A stretch of DNA of 64,000 nt, taken from Tubiluchus corallicola. Lineage: Eukaryota > Animalia > Priapulida. Position numbers and translations under genes: made by a program. Below the pieces are notes generated by a model. It saw nothing but the letters and a program-made list of their open reading frames with translations, did no database searches and was not told the origin of the DNA. Each line of letters opens with the position of its first letter. Position 1 is the first letter of the stretch. Below, piece after piece: positions 38,200 through 54,347 of the stretch. Where the stretch lies: positions 992,001 through 1,056,000 of the forward strand of contig JAQGDQ010000006.1 in the NCBI GenBank assembly GCA_030141605.1, given 5' to 3'.

Positions 38200-41100
38200 T
38201 TAGACTGGTCTTTTTCCTTTGAGGAAATAGGTAACCATATCTCCCTTGCCTTTGACAGTTATGGTGCCACGGCATTCAAATTCGTATCCCATTGGTTCCA
38301 ATATTTTATAAGTATCGTGAGTCACCTAGCAAAAATATAGAAAAGCAAAAATGTACGTTGGATTCAAACAGTTGATGACCCTGCCACCTAAAGCAGGTTC
38401 AGTGACAGTCACATTGCTCATCATCAGCATTCAGAAAACCTAATGCTGCTTTTAAGATGCAGTATTGTGTTTATAAACGAGGCAAATATTGCAGGACATT
38501 TAAGGACAACTTCAAGTGTTTAAATTTGTCGTTTTGTTGTGTAAATTATAAAATTCTCTAGCATAAAAAACAGTTCAAAATGAAAATCTTAAAGGAATGT
38601 AGAAATAATACTGGTAGTTGATGTATATGCCATTTTCTTCAAATTAACCTGGCTTAATAAGGTGTTCAATAAAGTACATAATAATTTGACTCATCACTAA
38701 ATGTGTGCCTGTTTAATACAGACAGTGGAATAGTGCTCTAACATGTCATCCTTTTCTGTTTTTCACATAATGTCAAACAGGCCTATTACAATTATGCAAT
38801 TCGTTTTATCTATGTAATAATCATATCTGTTTTATGACATTACATAATTCATAAATTCAATTAAATGTAAAGCTAAATTATGTTACTATTTACATGATAA
38901 TTCTTACTAGATTCTTTAATCAACATACAACGATTGTTGTTCGATCATTTCTGAAGGACAAGCTACAAAATAAAACCGCCATCTGCTATCATTTTTTTAA
39001 TTATCAATATTATTTTCGTGTTAAAACTTCAGAAAGTTTATATGGCTTATGATTACTGATTGAGCATTTAGACAATTTGTGCATTTTTTTATTTTGGTAA
39101 GCATAAAGCCAGCACATCTTTTCCCACTTGTGGTCCTTATGCAGTTATTTCAAAAAGGTTTTTATTGACATTTTGGAAAAAACAATCTGGAACACATTCC
39201 GTGTGACTAAATGTGACACCAATAGCAGTTACTGACCTAATAAACCAGAAGTGATATATATGATGTTAGTCTAAAAAACAAACTGATATGCTGAACAGTT
39301 AACAACAGAAAATTAGTTTCAAGATGCAATCATAAGAGAGTATGAATTACAAACTGCCAGATTTAAATTATTATAACTAACTATATTTAAAGGAAAATCT
39401 CTATGAATGTAGCAGCTTTAACACTTACTAGTGAATGTGCATGACAAGAAACACCAAGAATCTGCAACTAAGTCTGCCCATAAACAATAATTGTTTATAA
39501 ATTATTTATAAATTCTACAAAAAATGCTGAGCCAGTGTCATTGCTTAAATAAAATACAAACCTGTATTTTTTCCGGTGTTCCCGTACTATCCATGCGACT
39601 AGCCACATTTACTGTATTTCCCCATATATCATATTGCGGCTTTTTTGCACCAATTACACCAGCAATGACAGGTCCAAAATTTATGCCTGAAAATTAAAAT
39701 GTCATATTAGAAACTAGCATCGCTAGAATTCTTTCACATGTAGTGGTAATAAGTCAGACTACAGATCAAGAATAACGAAAATAATGTGATACAGTAGCTG
39801 AGAAATGATTTAAAGTAGCTGATTTTATTTGGCAACATTGTCTCAATTTCTGGAACATTCTGCACACTTTAATATTGGTATAAAATATCTTACTTCGTAC
39901 ATTAGTTGAACAATTATTGCTCAATTTTTATTAACTTAACACTGTGCACACTAAACATAACTAATCAGTAATCTGCAAAATAATGGCACATGGCTTTGAA
40001 GAAAATATTGCATAAAGAATAAAATAGTAACGATAACAAATTTTTGTTTTTATATTATTTGTTTGTAGTAAAATAATTTATACAATATTACAATTGACAC
40101 AAAAATGATTAAGCAGTTGAATGTATTATATGCTTTTTCAAGCAAAGCAGTTACGAATTAAATCTTGTTGAATAGCAATGATATGTATCACCTTCTAGAG
40201 CCTAGTTGGTCCATTTTTTTACTTTTATTATAGTAGTTAAAATTTTCAACCAATAGTAAACTGCCTTAGAAAGAATGTAAAATCACAGTCACCCAGACTC
40301 TAGAAATTCCTAATATAAACAAAGTATTAGTTAGCAGGTTCCTAAAACTGCTACTGATAAATGAATATATCAGTACCACTTCACTGATAAATAAATGACA
40401 TAAATTTGAACGTCAGCAAATTTAAAACTATGCCACAAACTCGTCTCTCTCATTGGTGTTAACTGTCAACCTTTCAATTTAAGCAAAGCTTTTGGCAAAA
40501 ATAAATACTGAAAAGGACATAATTCAAACAAATAGCGGTTTTTATAAGCATGGAAGTCGATGTTGACAAACTGCTGGCAAAAGTATTACGTACCTATACG
40601 CATTTTGAAATGATTAAACGAATGCTCATTGATATACTTTATTTGGTTGTTAAGATTTAGAGCAAAATCGGCGACGACGGCAACTCGCTGTTCTAACGGC
40701 AAGTCGGTGCCAGTTAAGCCGCTGGCACACATGTAAGTAGAACCAATGGTTTTTATCTTCTCAACGCAACTAAACTGTTGTTGACTAAGAATCTGAAAAT
40801 ATGTGAAGAAATAAGATGCTAACCACAATGACCACCACTTAAAGCAAAATTTAATGAAATAATACACTAAGTTGAAATGACATTTTCCATGGTTGTAACT
40901 TGTACATCGTAATGAAATAATTGTTTGTTAGTTTTCGAAATTGTTTGATGCCCTGTGTGACAAGTAGAGCTCACTTACAACAAAGGAATGGGGTAAAATC
41001 TAATAAATAATTTTAGTGATGTTTCAGCACAAACCTAGACATGATTCAGATTTACTGGTCAGGCTAATACACAGGTTTAAGTAGCCACAAGGTAAAGCAA

Positions 41101-44100
41101 GCTGTCCAGAAAATGCCAATTAATTTAGCAAACTTTTCAGAGAGCTGTCTGGAATTTAAGTTTAGATAACAATCGCATCACAATTATTACCCAAAAAAGT
41201 AGTCCATTATCTAAGACTTGAATGACTGAATAACAAAACCATGATGAGTGCAACCCAATGTTTGATTGGTCAATGATTGTTTTATTTTAGTTTTATTACA
41301 CATGTCAGCAATCGTTCAATAATCAAATTTCAGCAAAACTCTACACCAGTAATTAGCTAATTCTAGCTGTAAGACCAGATTTTCACAAATTATTATGTTA
41401 CAAAAATGAAAGTAACTTATAAGGCAGTAAGGCTTTACTTTTTCATTGAAAAAAGAGTTAGGACAGAAAAATTTATACTAACACTGACCTGATTTTCCAT
41501 TTTCAAACTGACCATCCTATTCTCCTTTTTTCATTTGGTCCAGTAGAAGTTACATTAAAACATTCACCACAAATAATACTGAAGCCAGCTTTCAATAAAT
41601 ATGTCCACTGGATATAAATAATGGGTCAGTTCGTTATCAAAATATGCAACTATGCAGAAAAGCAGACCTTATATTCTACCTTCTAGCAACACTGAGTGTT
41701 ACCTCATCAAAATCCGCAATGATTTCATTGAGAAGTCGGAGGCATTCCACCCCCTCATTATTGCCCTCAAGTTCTATGTAAAAGTCAGAGAAATTAGATA
41801 TGGAAGCAAACATCACACATGCGTGCTCACACCATTCATTGTATAAATCCTGCAAAAACAAAATTTACTGGTAGCTGGATAATACTTTTTGAATGCCAAA
41901 ATAATGAAAATAGATTATTTTGGTTATAATACTCATACTAAAGGTGCTCTCAAATGATACAAGTTTATAATATGAATTTTGTGAAACTTACTAAAAACAC
42001 TGAGTTACATGTTTAGTCTATCAATCAAATTACCTTACTGTTATTATTAGACAAACGCACTTTAAACACGAAACCCAATATAGAACAAAGCTAACTTTAA
42101 GACCAACTACTTCAATATTAAGTGTACAACATACCTCATTGTTTCGCTCCATAGCAAGAAAATGTTCTGCTACATGTACAGGCAGTATATTACCCAGCAG
42201 CTTTTTATTGTAGGCCTGTAAACTTTGTGTTTCTTCTTTCTCTTCTGTTGCCTGCAAAAACAGAAAACTTGATGACTCAAATGTCAATTTAATACATGCA
42301 TTACATTTGATTCTATTAAACTGAAAACATAACAGTCTGCATTTAATTTTTCAACTTTCAGTAGTCTTGTTAAACAACAGATTACATGAAAGCATGTGCT
42401 GATATCATTGTTCCTCAAACTGCATAGCTGTCATTGGCGGACCATAAGAAACCAATAATAAGACATAGCATTACAATGTTGTGCTTGGAGAAGTATTCAC
42501 ATCTGTAAGTTCACTGAATTTGTCTTATTGACTTGGTCTGCGATTTTTAATTTTTCGTTCAAGTTTCAGTTAAGATGTACGAAACTTTGATGTTTCAAAG
42601 GACAGAAAAATGATTTGTGAGATGGAAAATTTAAACACTGCAATGCACTAATTTATTGAATGCTGGACTAACAGATTTTTTAGACTCATTCCCATTATGC
42701 TAACTTACCTACAGCTAACAAACAAAGGAACAATTAGCAATCATGAGCCTAAAAATCCAACTATATTTACAGAACAAAAAACATACACTTACCTGCAACT
42801 TCCAGAGAAAGTCAAGTCTAGACGTAGACTCCACTTGCTGAGCATGTAGAACTAATGCCATCAAGTAAATGACAAGACCAACCACGCAATACCATTTTAA
42901 TCCCAGAGTATGAACACTATCACTTCTGCAATGAAAAACCTGTGCATTTAAAATTTTAGAAAGGTGAACACTAGCATACTACTTACTAAAACATTGAAAA
43001 TATGAGGCTTCCTTAGTGACTAAGCCTCTAAGATACAAAACCTGCCATGTCTTGTTTGTGTCTTAGCTTATAGACACTTTTGTAACTATATTTTTGTGGG
43101 ATATCAGCTTTTTATGCTCTCTGGAAAATATAATCAGTTATTATAACTTTTATGGAGATACACACCTTAACAAGTTGGTTTTAATGTATACGTTACAGGC
43201 CACAATGTACTGATTACAGTTTAGTTGTATAGGTTGATTTTTTATTATATTAAAGGGTGGATCCAGAAAGCAGCCTGTATCACAGAACCAACAGCTCACT
43301 TTCACAAAGCAAACACACCTGTTGCTGCAGTCATGGTTTTCTGCCCCAAATATCTTCAGGTGTAGTGTAACAATTACATAAACTTAAAGCAACGCTATGT
43401 TTTAAATCGGCCTTTATATCGCTAACAAGACTGCACTCAGCAATAGACTGCATTTGTCAAAATATGCAAAGCCAGTATTTTGATGTCACACAACGATCTT
43501 CGAATTGTGCATACTGGGTGTGTCCCAACCTTATTACTCCAGATCAGAATATTCAGGTAGCTCAGAAATTATCACGTGAGCTCTATAATATGAGCAGAGC
43601 TTTCTACAGCTTATTTGATGAATTCACATTAACAAATCGTTGAGTGCTGAGTCTAAACGACAATGCTGGTTTAACAGTAAGCGGGTGAATCGTTTTACCA
43701 CATATGAATGGCTTTCTACTGCATTATGCGCATGATTTATAGGCAGTAGAGTGTCTTGTTTTTGGGTTATGAATTACGAAACACAGTTCAAGCACTGTTG
43801 TGCTAATACTGATGGTGAATAAAATAAACTCAATTAATTGTACATTTATTAATTTTTATTCACATTGGTTCCTCAAAGTTTTTCGCCTGTTTAAATAAAT
43901 GCAGTCATGTATTGCCTAATTTATAAATTTTCTTAATTCCCATACAAGCTGAACAAAAACAGACAAGCAGCTGTTGTGTTCTGTGGAAACATTCTGTCCA
44001 TGCACTGCGTGCGGACCAATCTTTGACTGCAAGACTACTGCTGTAAATGATGTACAAAATTGTCAGTTTTAATCGGAGAAAACTGTCCAAAATTTGAAAA

Positions 44101-47100
44101 TACTGCAAAATTTAAGATGGTTTCTACATCATGTGCTTATTTCTTGCCAACATAATGTTAGTATTTGAAAGCGGGATATTATAGTTTTAAAGCTCTGATT
44201 TGGCTTAACATAAATACGACTTCTGAATAAATTGCTTCACCTCGACTACTTGAAAAAAACTATATTAACTCTCACAAAAAATGTCGTCCGTTTAGATAAA
44301 ATAGAAAGAGAACCATGATCTTCTATCTGGAACAATCACGTTTCGTGTTAGTGAGCATGTACTTGCGCTTCGAGTGCTTTGCATGCTTTGCTTGGCTGTT
44401 TGTTGCAGTAAATGCTCATTAGTGTGAATAAGAATATTACTGTTTGTAGGTGGGCAGTATGGGTTACTTAAATAAATGTGCACCCTGTAAAACACAGTTT
44501 ATTAGTCCTGAGCACCCTGTACACAGCTTATTAGTCCTGTAAAAGTGATATACATACGTGACTTTGTTAAGCAAACAGTGACACATTTAAAGTACAAGTT
44601 TTGGCCTTGTTGAGATTGATAGCACTTGAAAAAAGCATTATTTTGACTTTGAATTAACAAACTGTACCAGTATTTTACTCTATTCAGTTCTGTAAACTAA
44701 ATATCTAAAAATTAACCTGCTAATGTTTTTGAAATCTAAAAACATTTACTAACAAAATTACATACTCAGCCTGAACATAAAGCAGAATGTCTTTATTGTC
44801 AAACAACGGTTGATATGAAGAAAGAATAATGCTGGAATAAATGATTGTAAATGTTCCTAAAATCAACAACTTCAACCAGGCTGCCAAGACAAGAAATACT
44901 GCACAAGCCAACATCACCAGCATCACACTAAAGGTAAAATACTGAAAAAAGATCAATAACATATTTTTTATAAAACAATATTTTCCTTTTCAACATGTTG
45001 TTTCATCTGTTACAAGCAAATATGAATCATATACACAGAAAATATTATCTCAGTCATAGATAACAAGTATTATATCTGTATACATTTATCACATTTACAA
45101 AAACAAAACTGCACTATCGCAAATTTATAAAAAGATATATTATATAGTAACTTGGCTATAAAAATACCCTTCTTCTGATTCTCTGTAAACATCACACATA
45201 AAATTGTCACTAATCAATACACAGCGCCAGTAAATGTCAGTAAACAATACCGTAAAGGTTACTTTTGTCTAATTAGTGCCACAAATTGATACATTACTTT
45301 ACACTTTAATAATAGATCCAATAGTCGTGAAGATAATGAATATACCTCAGGAAAGTGTGTTGTTTGATCTTGGCACATATTTTGTTCTTTGCCAATTACA
45401 ACATCAGTCATGTTGGTGACGAAGTATATGATATTTTGCGTAGAATTGGTGTCGGCCAGACAATCATACAAGCTTGTTTTATCCATTGTAAACTAAAGAA
45501 TGCAACAGAGATTAGTTTAAGATACAGTGCAAATAGACCACCTTAATTAATTAACTTTTACTTATTAACAAAATAAATGTTTTACTGTTTCATTTGTCTG
45601 TAAAAGTAGATAATGAAACTCATTCAATACAGCAGATGGCACATTAAATCCAGTGGTTATGTAAAGCTCAACAAAGTACTAACCACTTAATAATTGTTAA
45701 TTAACATACAGTATCTATACTGCTAAATCCATGCATTACAGCAGATACTACGATATGACTTATAGTACTTACCATATTGCAAATGGCAGCAACGAATATT
45801 TCTACAATGGCAAGACTAGCCAGAACTTGACAGAAATGACGGTTCCTGTTAATTGTTTTAGAGATAGCTTTCAAGGCTGCTGGTGCCAGCTAAAAGTAAA
45901 ATAAGTAAAAAACTGTTTATATTAAAGAAAATCATGGTAACACTTGTAGCAATCTTCAGACGGAAGTCCTAGGCAGTGAAAATAGCAAAAATTATATCTG
46001 CTGCATTAAGGCATTTTTTCACAAAAAGCAAACAAGCAATAATGTACTGAAAGTGACATAGATATTAAACAAAAAAAGCATTCTAAAATTTATAATTTAC
46101 CAAGGAAAGTAGACATTTACCTTATACTAAATAGTAAATAATTAATATATACTTGAACATAATCTCATAGGATGACAATTCAATGGATGAGTGGTACACA
46201 TCTACATATTAATAAGTAAAAGTAAAACAGATAAAAAATTAATTCAAATAGTGATTAAAGAGACCTACTATGGTAGAACTATGATAGTTTATTGATGGAG
46301 ACCTGACTTCACATTCCTTAATAAGCTGCCAACAATTAAAGCATTATTACCATTACTGTATTATAAACTATAACAACAGTCGATCATTTGAATCCTTCAT
46401 CTTCGTGCAATTGGTACCAAAACCTTTTTATTTAAAGTAACGAAAAACTTGACTCCTAGGAACAAAACCACAACACAGTAATTCTGAGCACTCTAGTTTA
46501 ATACCAGTTATGCTACAAGAGCTAAATTGTAAAGCACTCAATAATCTTGCTCTGCACTGCTGAATATAAAATTGGTCAAGATTGTTAACACTTCTAATAT
46601 CCTTTTTTTAAGATCTATACACTCAGCATTAATATGCAAGTATTGTAAAAAACAAGATAAAACTACAAGAAATCACAAGTTCCTTGTAAAGAAACTGCAT
46701 AATAGCAATAATTGGATAATTAAGGGCAATTTAAAATGTTTTTTTCATAATAAAATTGACATACCTTACTTTTCTCTGTACACACAATCACTAGTAAAAT
46801 TATTTGCAGTAGAAGTGCAATGACAAATATAACAATCATCACCATTGTACTGAAAAAGTAAACAAAATATTAATAAGTGCACACATAGAGCTTTTAAGAT
46901 AAAGTATAATAACAATGATTACAATGTTTTGCATCAAGGTAATAAAAATCAAGTACAGTGATATTACATCGGGGCAAACATGTTTCCAATTTCACGTTTT
47001 CTGCATTTCTAAGTGAAAATAAGCAGTTGGTCAAAACTCACCAGTAAAAGATAGTTAATTGAATACTCCACAATAACATTACCAGCAACAAACAGCAGGT

Positions 47101-50100
47101 CATGTATGACTTGAACATTCGATCTCTTTCCATGTTGTACTAAAAAAATCAAAAATAAAAGTTAAGCAAAAATATTCTTACTTCCTTGAATCATTGGTAA
47201 ATGGCAAAAAGCATTTCTGAGACACGATGGCACAACTATTCAATGACGTTATTAACAACAAATAAGTAACAAGCTTTATGACTAAAGGACTAATCCTGGC
47301 ACTTACAGTTCACAGTTGTGTGTTCAGCTTTTGCTCAATTTTTATACTTATACAGACAAGCCATCACAAGGAAGTCATCCATGCAACAAGTTAATCAGTC
47401 AACAAATGGTTAACTAGCCAGTCAACTAATAAAACTATCTGCCGACCACTTAACAGCCCAAACAACCAAATAAATAAACAAATGAACAAACAAACGGATG
47501 ATTGAACAAATAAACAAATCAAAAAACAAAATCCAGAAGAATCTTTGCTTACTTTTTCTTCTATTTCTTTCTTGTTAAAGGTGAGCAAAAATGGACGGCA
47601 GTGTTCTGAACGCAGACGATCAATGGATCGAGCATCGATGGCTCGACTTAGGTATTCATTGACTTCATCATCTGTTTCCCTTTCCTGACCTTCACCTAGC
47701 CCCAGTCTATTAAACATAATAAAAATTAGATAAGTTCTTGAAAGTATGTAATTTTTGAAAGTAACTTCATTAGCAGGTGGCACTGGTTATATGTGTACAT
47801 GTTCACAAAAATTATGCCAACTAACTGAGGTTTATGCAAGATATGTATATGCATAATCTACTTTATCATGTAGCACATGTATAAGATTTAAGATAATTAA
47901 CCTAATTTGCACATTCTTGTGTCCTTTATTGGCCTGATCTTCATCTAAACCCATCTTTTTCAGTACGCCATTCGCTCGCTGCTCACTACTCTTCTCATTG
48001 GTCCTCCTCTTACTCTGTAGAACAGAAAATGAAATTTCCGGTATACAAATCTTAAGAAGTCGCGCTAATAAACTACACAGTGGTATGGACAATTTATGCA
48101 GCTTAAGCATAATCATGCAAGGTTAAATTTCCTAAAAAGTACATTACTCTATTTTGACAAATTAAGCCCAACAGTTTATTAGCAGCCTTTCTTGTCTATA
48201 TATTTTCATATTTTTTAAACAAAACATGGATTTCACTAAAACGTATATTTGTATTAGAATTAAATTACATGTGTGTAAGAAAAATTGATATTTATGTGTC
48301 CAAACTCTTGTTAAAACTTCTCATGTGCACTCTTTAATTAAGATACAATAAAGTTACAAAAACAGATACAGATATTAGTTAAAATGATCTTGTCATATTC
48401 TTCAGTCTCTTAACATTAACAATTGGGCTTTTTTTCACCCTTCTGCCAATAATAATTTAGCCAGGAAAATATGTTGGTGACTGAAGTTAGACAGACTGTT
48501 AAAGCAGAATGGTTGCTATGTGCACTTAATGACCAAAGCTAAAGAACATCAAGCCTAGTAAGTAAATAGATGGGTGATCATGGAGTGCCGTCATTGCCTT
48601 TCACCTGATTTATTGCCAGCGCGTAAGAACCTCACTGATATAGGATGCAGACACATCCAGATGGGGCTAAGATACCTCTGCCGGTCTGATGTCTCATCAA
48701 AAAAGATTATTGTTGATAATGAGTTAGGTTTCACTGCAACCAATTCCACTGAGTAGGGATAAACACCAAGTGCTGGATCAGTGATTACATTACAACTTAA
48801 TTACAGATGCATTTAAATTGGCAAAGATGCATTTTTTTGTATGATAAAAATGCAATGACAAATATGTGCTTTATTTGCAAAATTAGTCACTCATAAAAAC
48901 AAATAAGTATGTATAATTTATTACAAAATCTGCATATTAAACAGGTATCAAAGTTAACATTTACAATAATTAACAATTAAAATGACATTAAAATGAAAAA
49001 ATGCCATGTAAACAGCAGATTGTGTCATTCCCTTGGTACAAATGCCATGTGCAAAACCAAGCAAACGAGCCATATCTAATGTCAAATGCAGATGTAATAC
49101 CTCACCACCGCTTTTCCTTTGTTTACTATTAATTTGCGCCAGCAGGCATAATTCTTGCTAGCACTGCACAAACAGTCAACAAAGCAAAAATTAATAACAA
49201 CAAGCTACTGAGTTGCACAGACGCATAATCGAAATTCGCAATACGGCAACACAAGAGCTAATTTGTGCTTATTGATTGTGACAATATGGTTTGTCTCCCG
49301 GCCAATAGGATCAATATTAAGAAAGTTCACTGATGTAATAAATCATTTTTATCTGTAATAGTCAATAATAATAATAACAGTCTGTAATAATACAATCAAT
49401 CAAATGAAAAGTTTTTGCTCGCTATGAAATTATTAATAATAAAACGGTGACATTTTTGCTGTGACTAAATACTTAATTCACCTAATCAGCAAGTTTCAAA
49501 TCGAAGTGAATCTATACAAACAGTTTTGAAAAACATCTCAGGCATTTTTTTTCAATATTAACAGTTTAAGTTACAGAGACAAATAGGACGAGATAAACGT
49601 CAGATAATGATATGGCAGAAAAAATATATGAATACAATACAATAAAATCATTCACATGAATTTAGTAGTTCAATATAATCTTACAGCATCACCATGGCAT
49701 TTCATGCACTGCCATTTAGAAACATCTGTAGTTATGTGTTCAATTAGTGTAACAGGGCAAGTAGCATTCATTTCTAAACCAATACTGCTATACCACAAGA
49801 TATGATGAAGGCAATTAGTCGTAATGTTAGCAAGGCTAGTCACTTGTTCATAAAGTTATTAGTGATGTTAGTTATGTTAGTAATGGAAAATGACACGTGG
49901 CACTGCAAACCATGCATGTTATGAAGAATAACTGACACTCAAACAAATACGTGGCTAGCACGCTAATTACCGTTCTGCAGCTTGATTCACTGATCTACAT
50001 TGTGAAGATGAAAGCCAATCCCGTCACCTATTAATGTGCACATGTAGGCTATTTTAATCTTACCAACAACATTTCAACATTAACGTGAAAAGAGGTTTCT

Positions 50101-53100
50101 TCTGTGGCTGATAATGCTTCCGACTGCAAGTCAAATGTGTCTACCTGACCAGGTAAACTTAAAAGATGAGGAAAAGTGGACTTTCTGCACTGTCAGAAAA
50201 AGTGTAAAGCTTGCTCATTTCATGGTTACACTATATATAAAATAAATGCTACGCAAAACCTTTGCATTATGAGCAAAAGTACAAATAAAGTGTGTAATAG
50301 TTCAGTATGGTTTCTCCAAATCCCGTACGTATTTTATAGTGATTTTTTAATTATAAGTTTTTTGTAAAAGAGCAGTAGTAACCGTACATGCTTATTATTG
50401 ATTTTGAGATCTTTAGCCAAAAAATGGTTCTTTATTTCTGTCCGCAATAAAAACACGACACTGATGAAAACACGACACTGACGAAACCTAAACCACACAG
50501 CAGAGATCAATTACACTAAGGCCCTGAAGGCCTTTTCCCTTGATTGAGGATGAGAAAATATAATGTTCACTCTTGTATTAAAAATCATTGGGTGTCTTTG
50601 GCACAGTCTGGACCCTCCTAACATCTTTGTAAATAATTGTATTATTTTGTCTTACAAAGTAACACATTAAGAAGAACATAAATGTTCAGACAAAATTTAT
50701 GTGAATAATTAAAATAAATTACTTCAAACTAGTTCCAATAAATTAGCTATGGTGTAGTAAATTCTATGTGATATCATTACAACAAATAACAAATGAGCTT
50801 TACTGCTCTGCAACACTTTTTCGTTCCATACTTCCTGCAATTAATAATATATAAAAAACTGAGGATTCGCATTCACAAGTATGTATGGTATCTAATAGAC
50901 AGTTTCTAACTCCACATAAAAGGTTAACAAAGTGAATATAATTATGTTTAAAACTATCAAATTAAATAAATACTTATGAAGGTATATACCTTGCGTATGT
51001 CGGGGGCCACAACAAAGAAAGTTTTTACGTTTTTCTCGCGTAGGTAGCTGTTTCTTTCCCAACCATTGCCTTGTTCTAGTTCATATTCACCCTTTGGGAT
51101 AAAACTTGCCGTATGTTCAGTTATGTGGACTTTTCTACAACAGCACATAAAACAAATAAAAATTATTTAGACAAAATCATCATGCCAAATATTTGTAGGA
51201 ATAAGAACTGAAGGTACTGGTTATAATTTAAGAAATTTACAGCTTTTATGCATTTTAATAACATTAAAATTAATGGTCACATAAAATTTAACCTTACCCT
51301 GGTACACCACCAGCCTCCATATTGTTGGCAAGTGTCACATCGTTTGACCATACATCAAACTGCCACTTGCGCAAACCGAGTACCCCACAATGAACACGTC
51401 CACTATGGATTCCCACTCTCATGTTCAATGCGTCGACGCCTACCATGTCTCGCACTAACCTGAAATATAATGAACAAATAACATAAAAAGAGATGTGTAA
51501 TATTCCAGTACATTGGGATTAGACCATTGTTATATTTGACATTATTGGGATTAGACCATTGTTATATTTGACATTATGAGGGCTTCAGATAAATAAGCAA
51601 ATTCTTATTGTCCGTGATTTCATGTTCGGGAATGGAAAAGCTCAATTTTATGAATAAACAAGCTCAAATACAATCTAGCTATAATGATAAATAAACGTAC
51701 AAAACTGCAGATTTTCTAATGGTTGCAGTAAAATAAATTCCTTCAACATAGAGAAAAAATTGAGTGTTCACAGCTTACGCAATAGCATCGATGACATCTA
51801 GCCCCATTTCTATACAACACTGAGCATGGTCAGGTCTTGCCTCTGGTATACCACATACACAGTAATAGCAATCTCCTAGAATCTTAATTCGTAAACAATG
51901 GTTTTCCTGTGCCAATTTATCAAATCTAGAAAAAAGTGACAAGCTTATCAAATGTATATGTTAAAGGTTCAAAATTATTACAAATGCCAACTTCTGTTCA
52001 TTGTGTCATTACTATAAAATGTTTAGCCTATTCTCATCTATAAGATAACATACCATTAACTAATGATTCAGTTAATTGGTAACACAAAAACAGTTTATCA
52101 ACATGAAATGGCAAAATTTGTGACTATTTTAGGCAATAAGAGAAAGATGGCGTGGAATAGTTCCCTGCCACGTTTATGCCATTTAACGAGATAAATTACA
52201 ATTAAGCAAAAAAGAACTAATATTACCATTATACCGTTTTGCAAATATTACTTACAATCTATAGTCAGAATAAAATTTTCTTGTGCAACATTTCTTAAAT
52301 TTATTTTATTTTCAGAAATTACTGCTCAATAAAAAACTATTTTTAAGCTGGCAAAACAAACCATTTGAAATTGTATTCAAGTTTAGACATTAGAAAATTT
52401 TACAAACTTAGAATCCATCCAAATGGTATCACCATTCAACAGCTAACTCTGTTTTTTTACAAGTGGTTCAAAAATTTGTTTTTGCTTTACATGGTTACGA
52501 AATACGGAAAAGATTATCTTAAACTTTTAAATATCTGTGACATGAGTTGCAGTGAGTTACAAGATTTGTTGAATTGTGAAGTAGCATATCTGCAGCCTCA
52601 TATTGATCAACACCTGCATCTGACTTAAACAAACAACTTTCCATTACTATGGTCAATATTACGTCTAACTTTATTGATTGGAAAGAAACTGAGACCTACT
52701 TTATCAACATTACATGAAATGTGGTGCGAAATAGCAGAGAAATAATTAATGTTTCAAAAACAACTTTTCTAAATAATATTATCATAGGCTAAAAATAATG
52801 TTAAGTGCAGATGCAGGTTATAACAACGTCTTGAACCTTCTTTAAAATGCCATGTAGTCACAGAGCGATTGTTTGTAACTTACATAGCATACCTACTACT
52901 CAGTAGTATAATGTCTGACAGAATTTTAGAATGTTCTGTCGCACCATTTTCAATACTAATAATAACATGACGATACAAGAATGACCTTTAGCAAAATTGT
53001 GCATTATTGACTAATTCACTTACACACTTACTCTCATTCACTTATTCACTCACTGAAATACTTTTATGTCTTTCCAAGAAAATGCAACACTGAAAACCAT

Positions 53101-54315
53101 TAACGAAATAGTCGACACTGAAAAATCTTTAGTGGTGATGCTTTACAAAAAATGTTAGCTACAATATTTTTGTAACAATTAGGTGCAATAATAGTTATAG
53201 TAGTTTGTACAAAAATATTATGTGATTTGAACATGTTGAAGCTTTTGGTAACAGCTTTAATAGTGAAAAATAATAATGTTCAGAGCTTATTGCCAGTCAG
53301 CTATCTACCTTGTGAATGAATCTGTTAAGTGATGAGCAAGTTCAATACGCCCAGTCAATTTCAGATTTCAGAGTTAAGCACGCTATGTTAATAAAGCTAG
53401 TTTAGCAGTTTCCTTCTTTTAAAATAAAAGATTAAGAGCACACGCAAAACAGTACGATCAATGTCACAAGTATTGATGACTTAGTTAACAAGATATAGGA
53501 TAATAAAATGTAACAGCACTGCAGATAGGCGAATAACGCAATGCAGCCACCATACAAACATGCATGGCAGGCATTAAATGAACAACAATCAATGTCTTTT
53601 AAAACTATTCACTTTCAGTATTTTATAACACCCAGTGAAAGCAGAAACTAAAGTAAAAGTGTAAATTTTTGAAAAAGTACATTAAATCAAATACCATTTG
53701 ATTTCTATAACTATCAGATGATTTTATTTAGTGAAAATGTAAAAATACCTAGCAAACAATTCATTGAGCAACTTCACAAGTTCCTGTGCTGTACACTGAG
53801 AAGATAGCTGTGTGAAACCGCATATGTCAGCAAACAGAATGCTGAAATATGAAACAAAACATCATAATGAAGACAAATACACAAATACTAGTAGATAATA
53901 CAAGTTTTCAGAGGTCCACATATCAGATAATTAGTAGCATAAGTTCATAAAAAAAGGCTATAAATTTATAAAATTTACGTAACATACATACATGTGTATA
54001 AACATTTTGCATAGACACTTATATACACATGCACACCCACACACACGCATTAAAAAACCATTAAAACTATAAAACTGTAATGTATACAGCTAAAAGTTAA
54101 TGTATTGTAATAATATATTGTGAAATTTCAATTTTGTAGGACAATTTCTTCTAATATTATTGTAGTCTGAACTTATATTATATATATATATATATATATA
54201 CTCTATGTAATATTTTTAATATTATCAAGTATATATACACTGCATTCATATACATATATAATTATATGCAGCACATACATATATATATATATATATATGA
54301 CGTTAGATTGTCACA

Positions 54316-54347
<32 letters not shown>

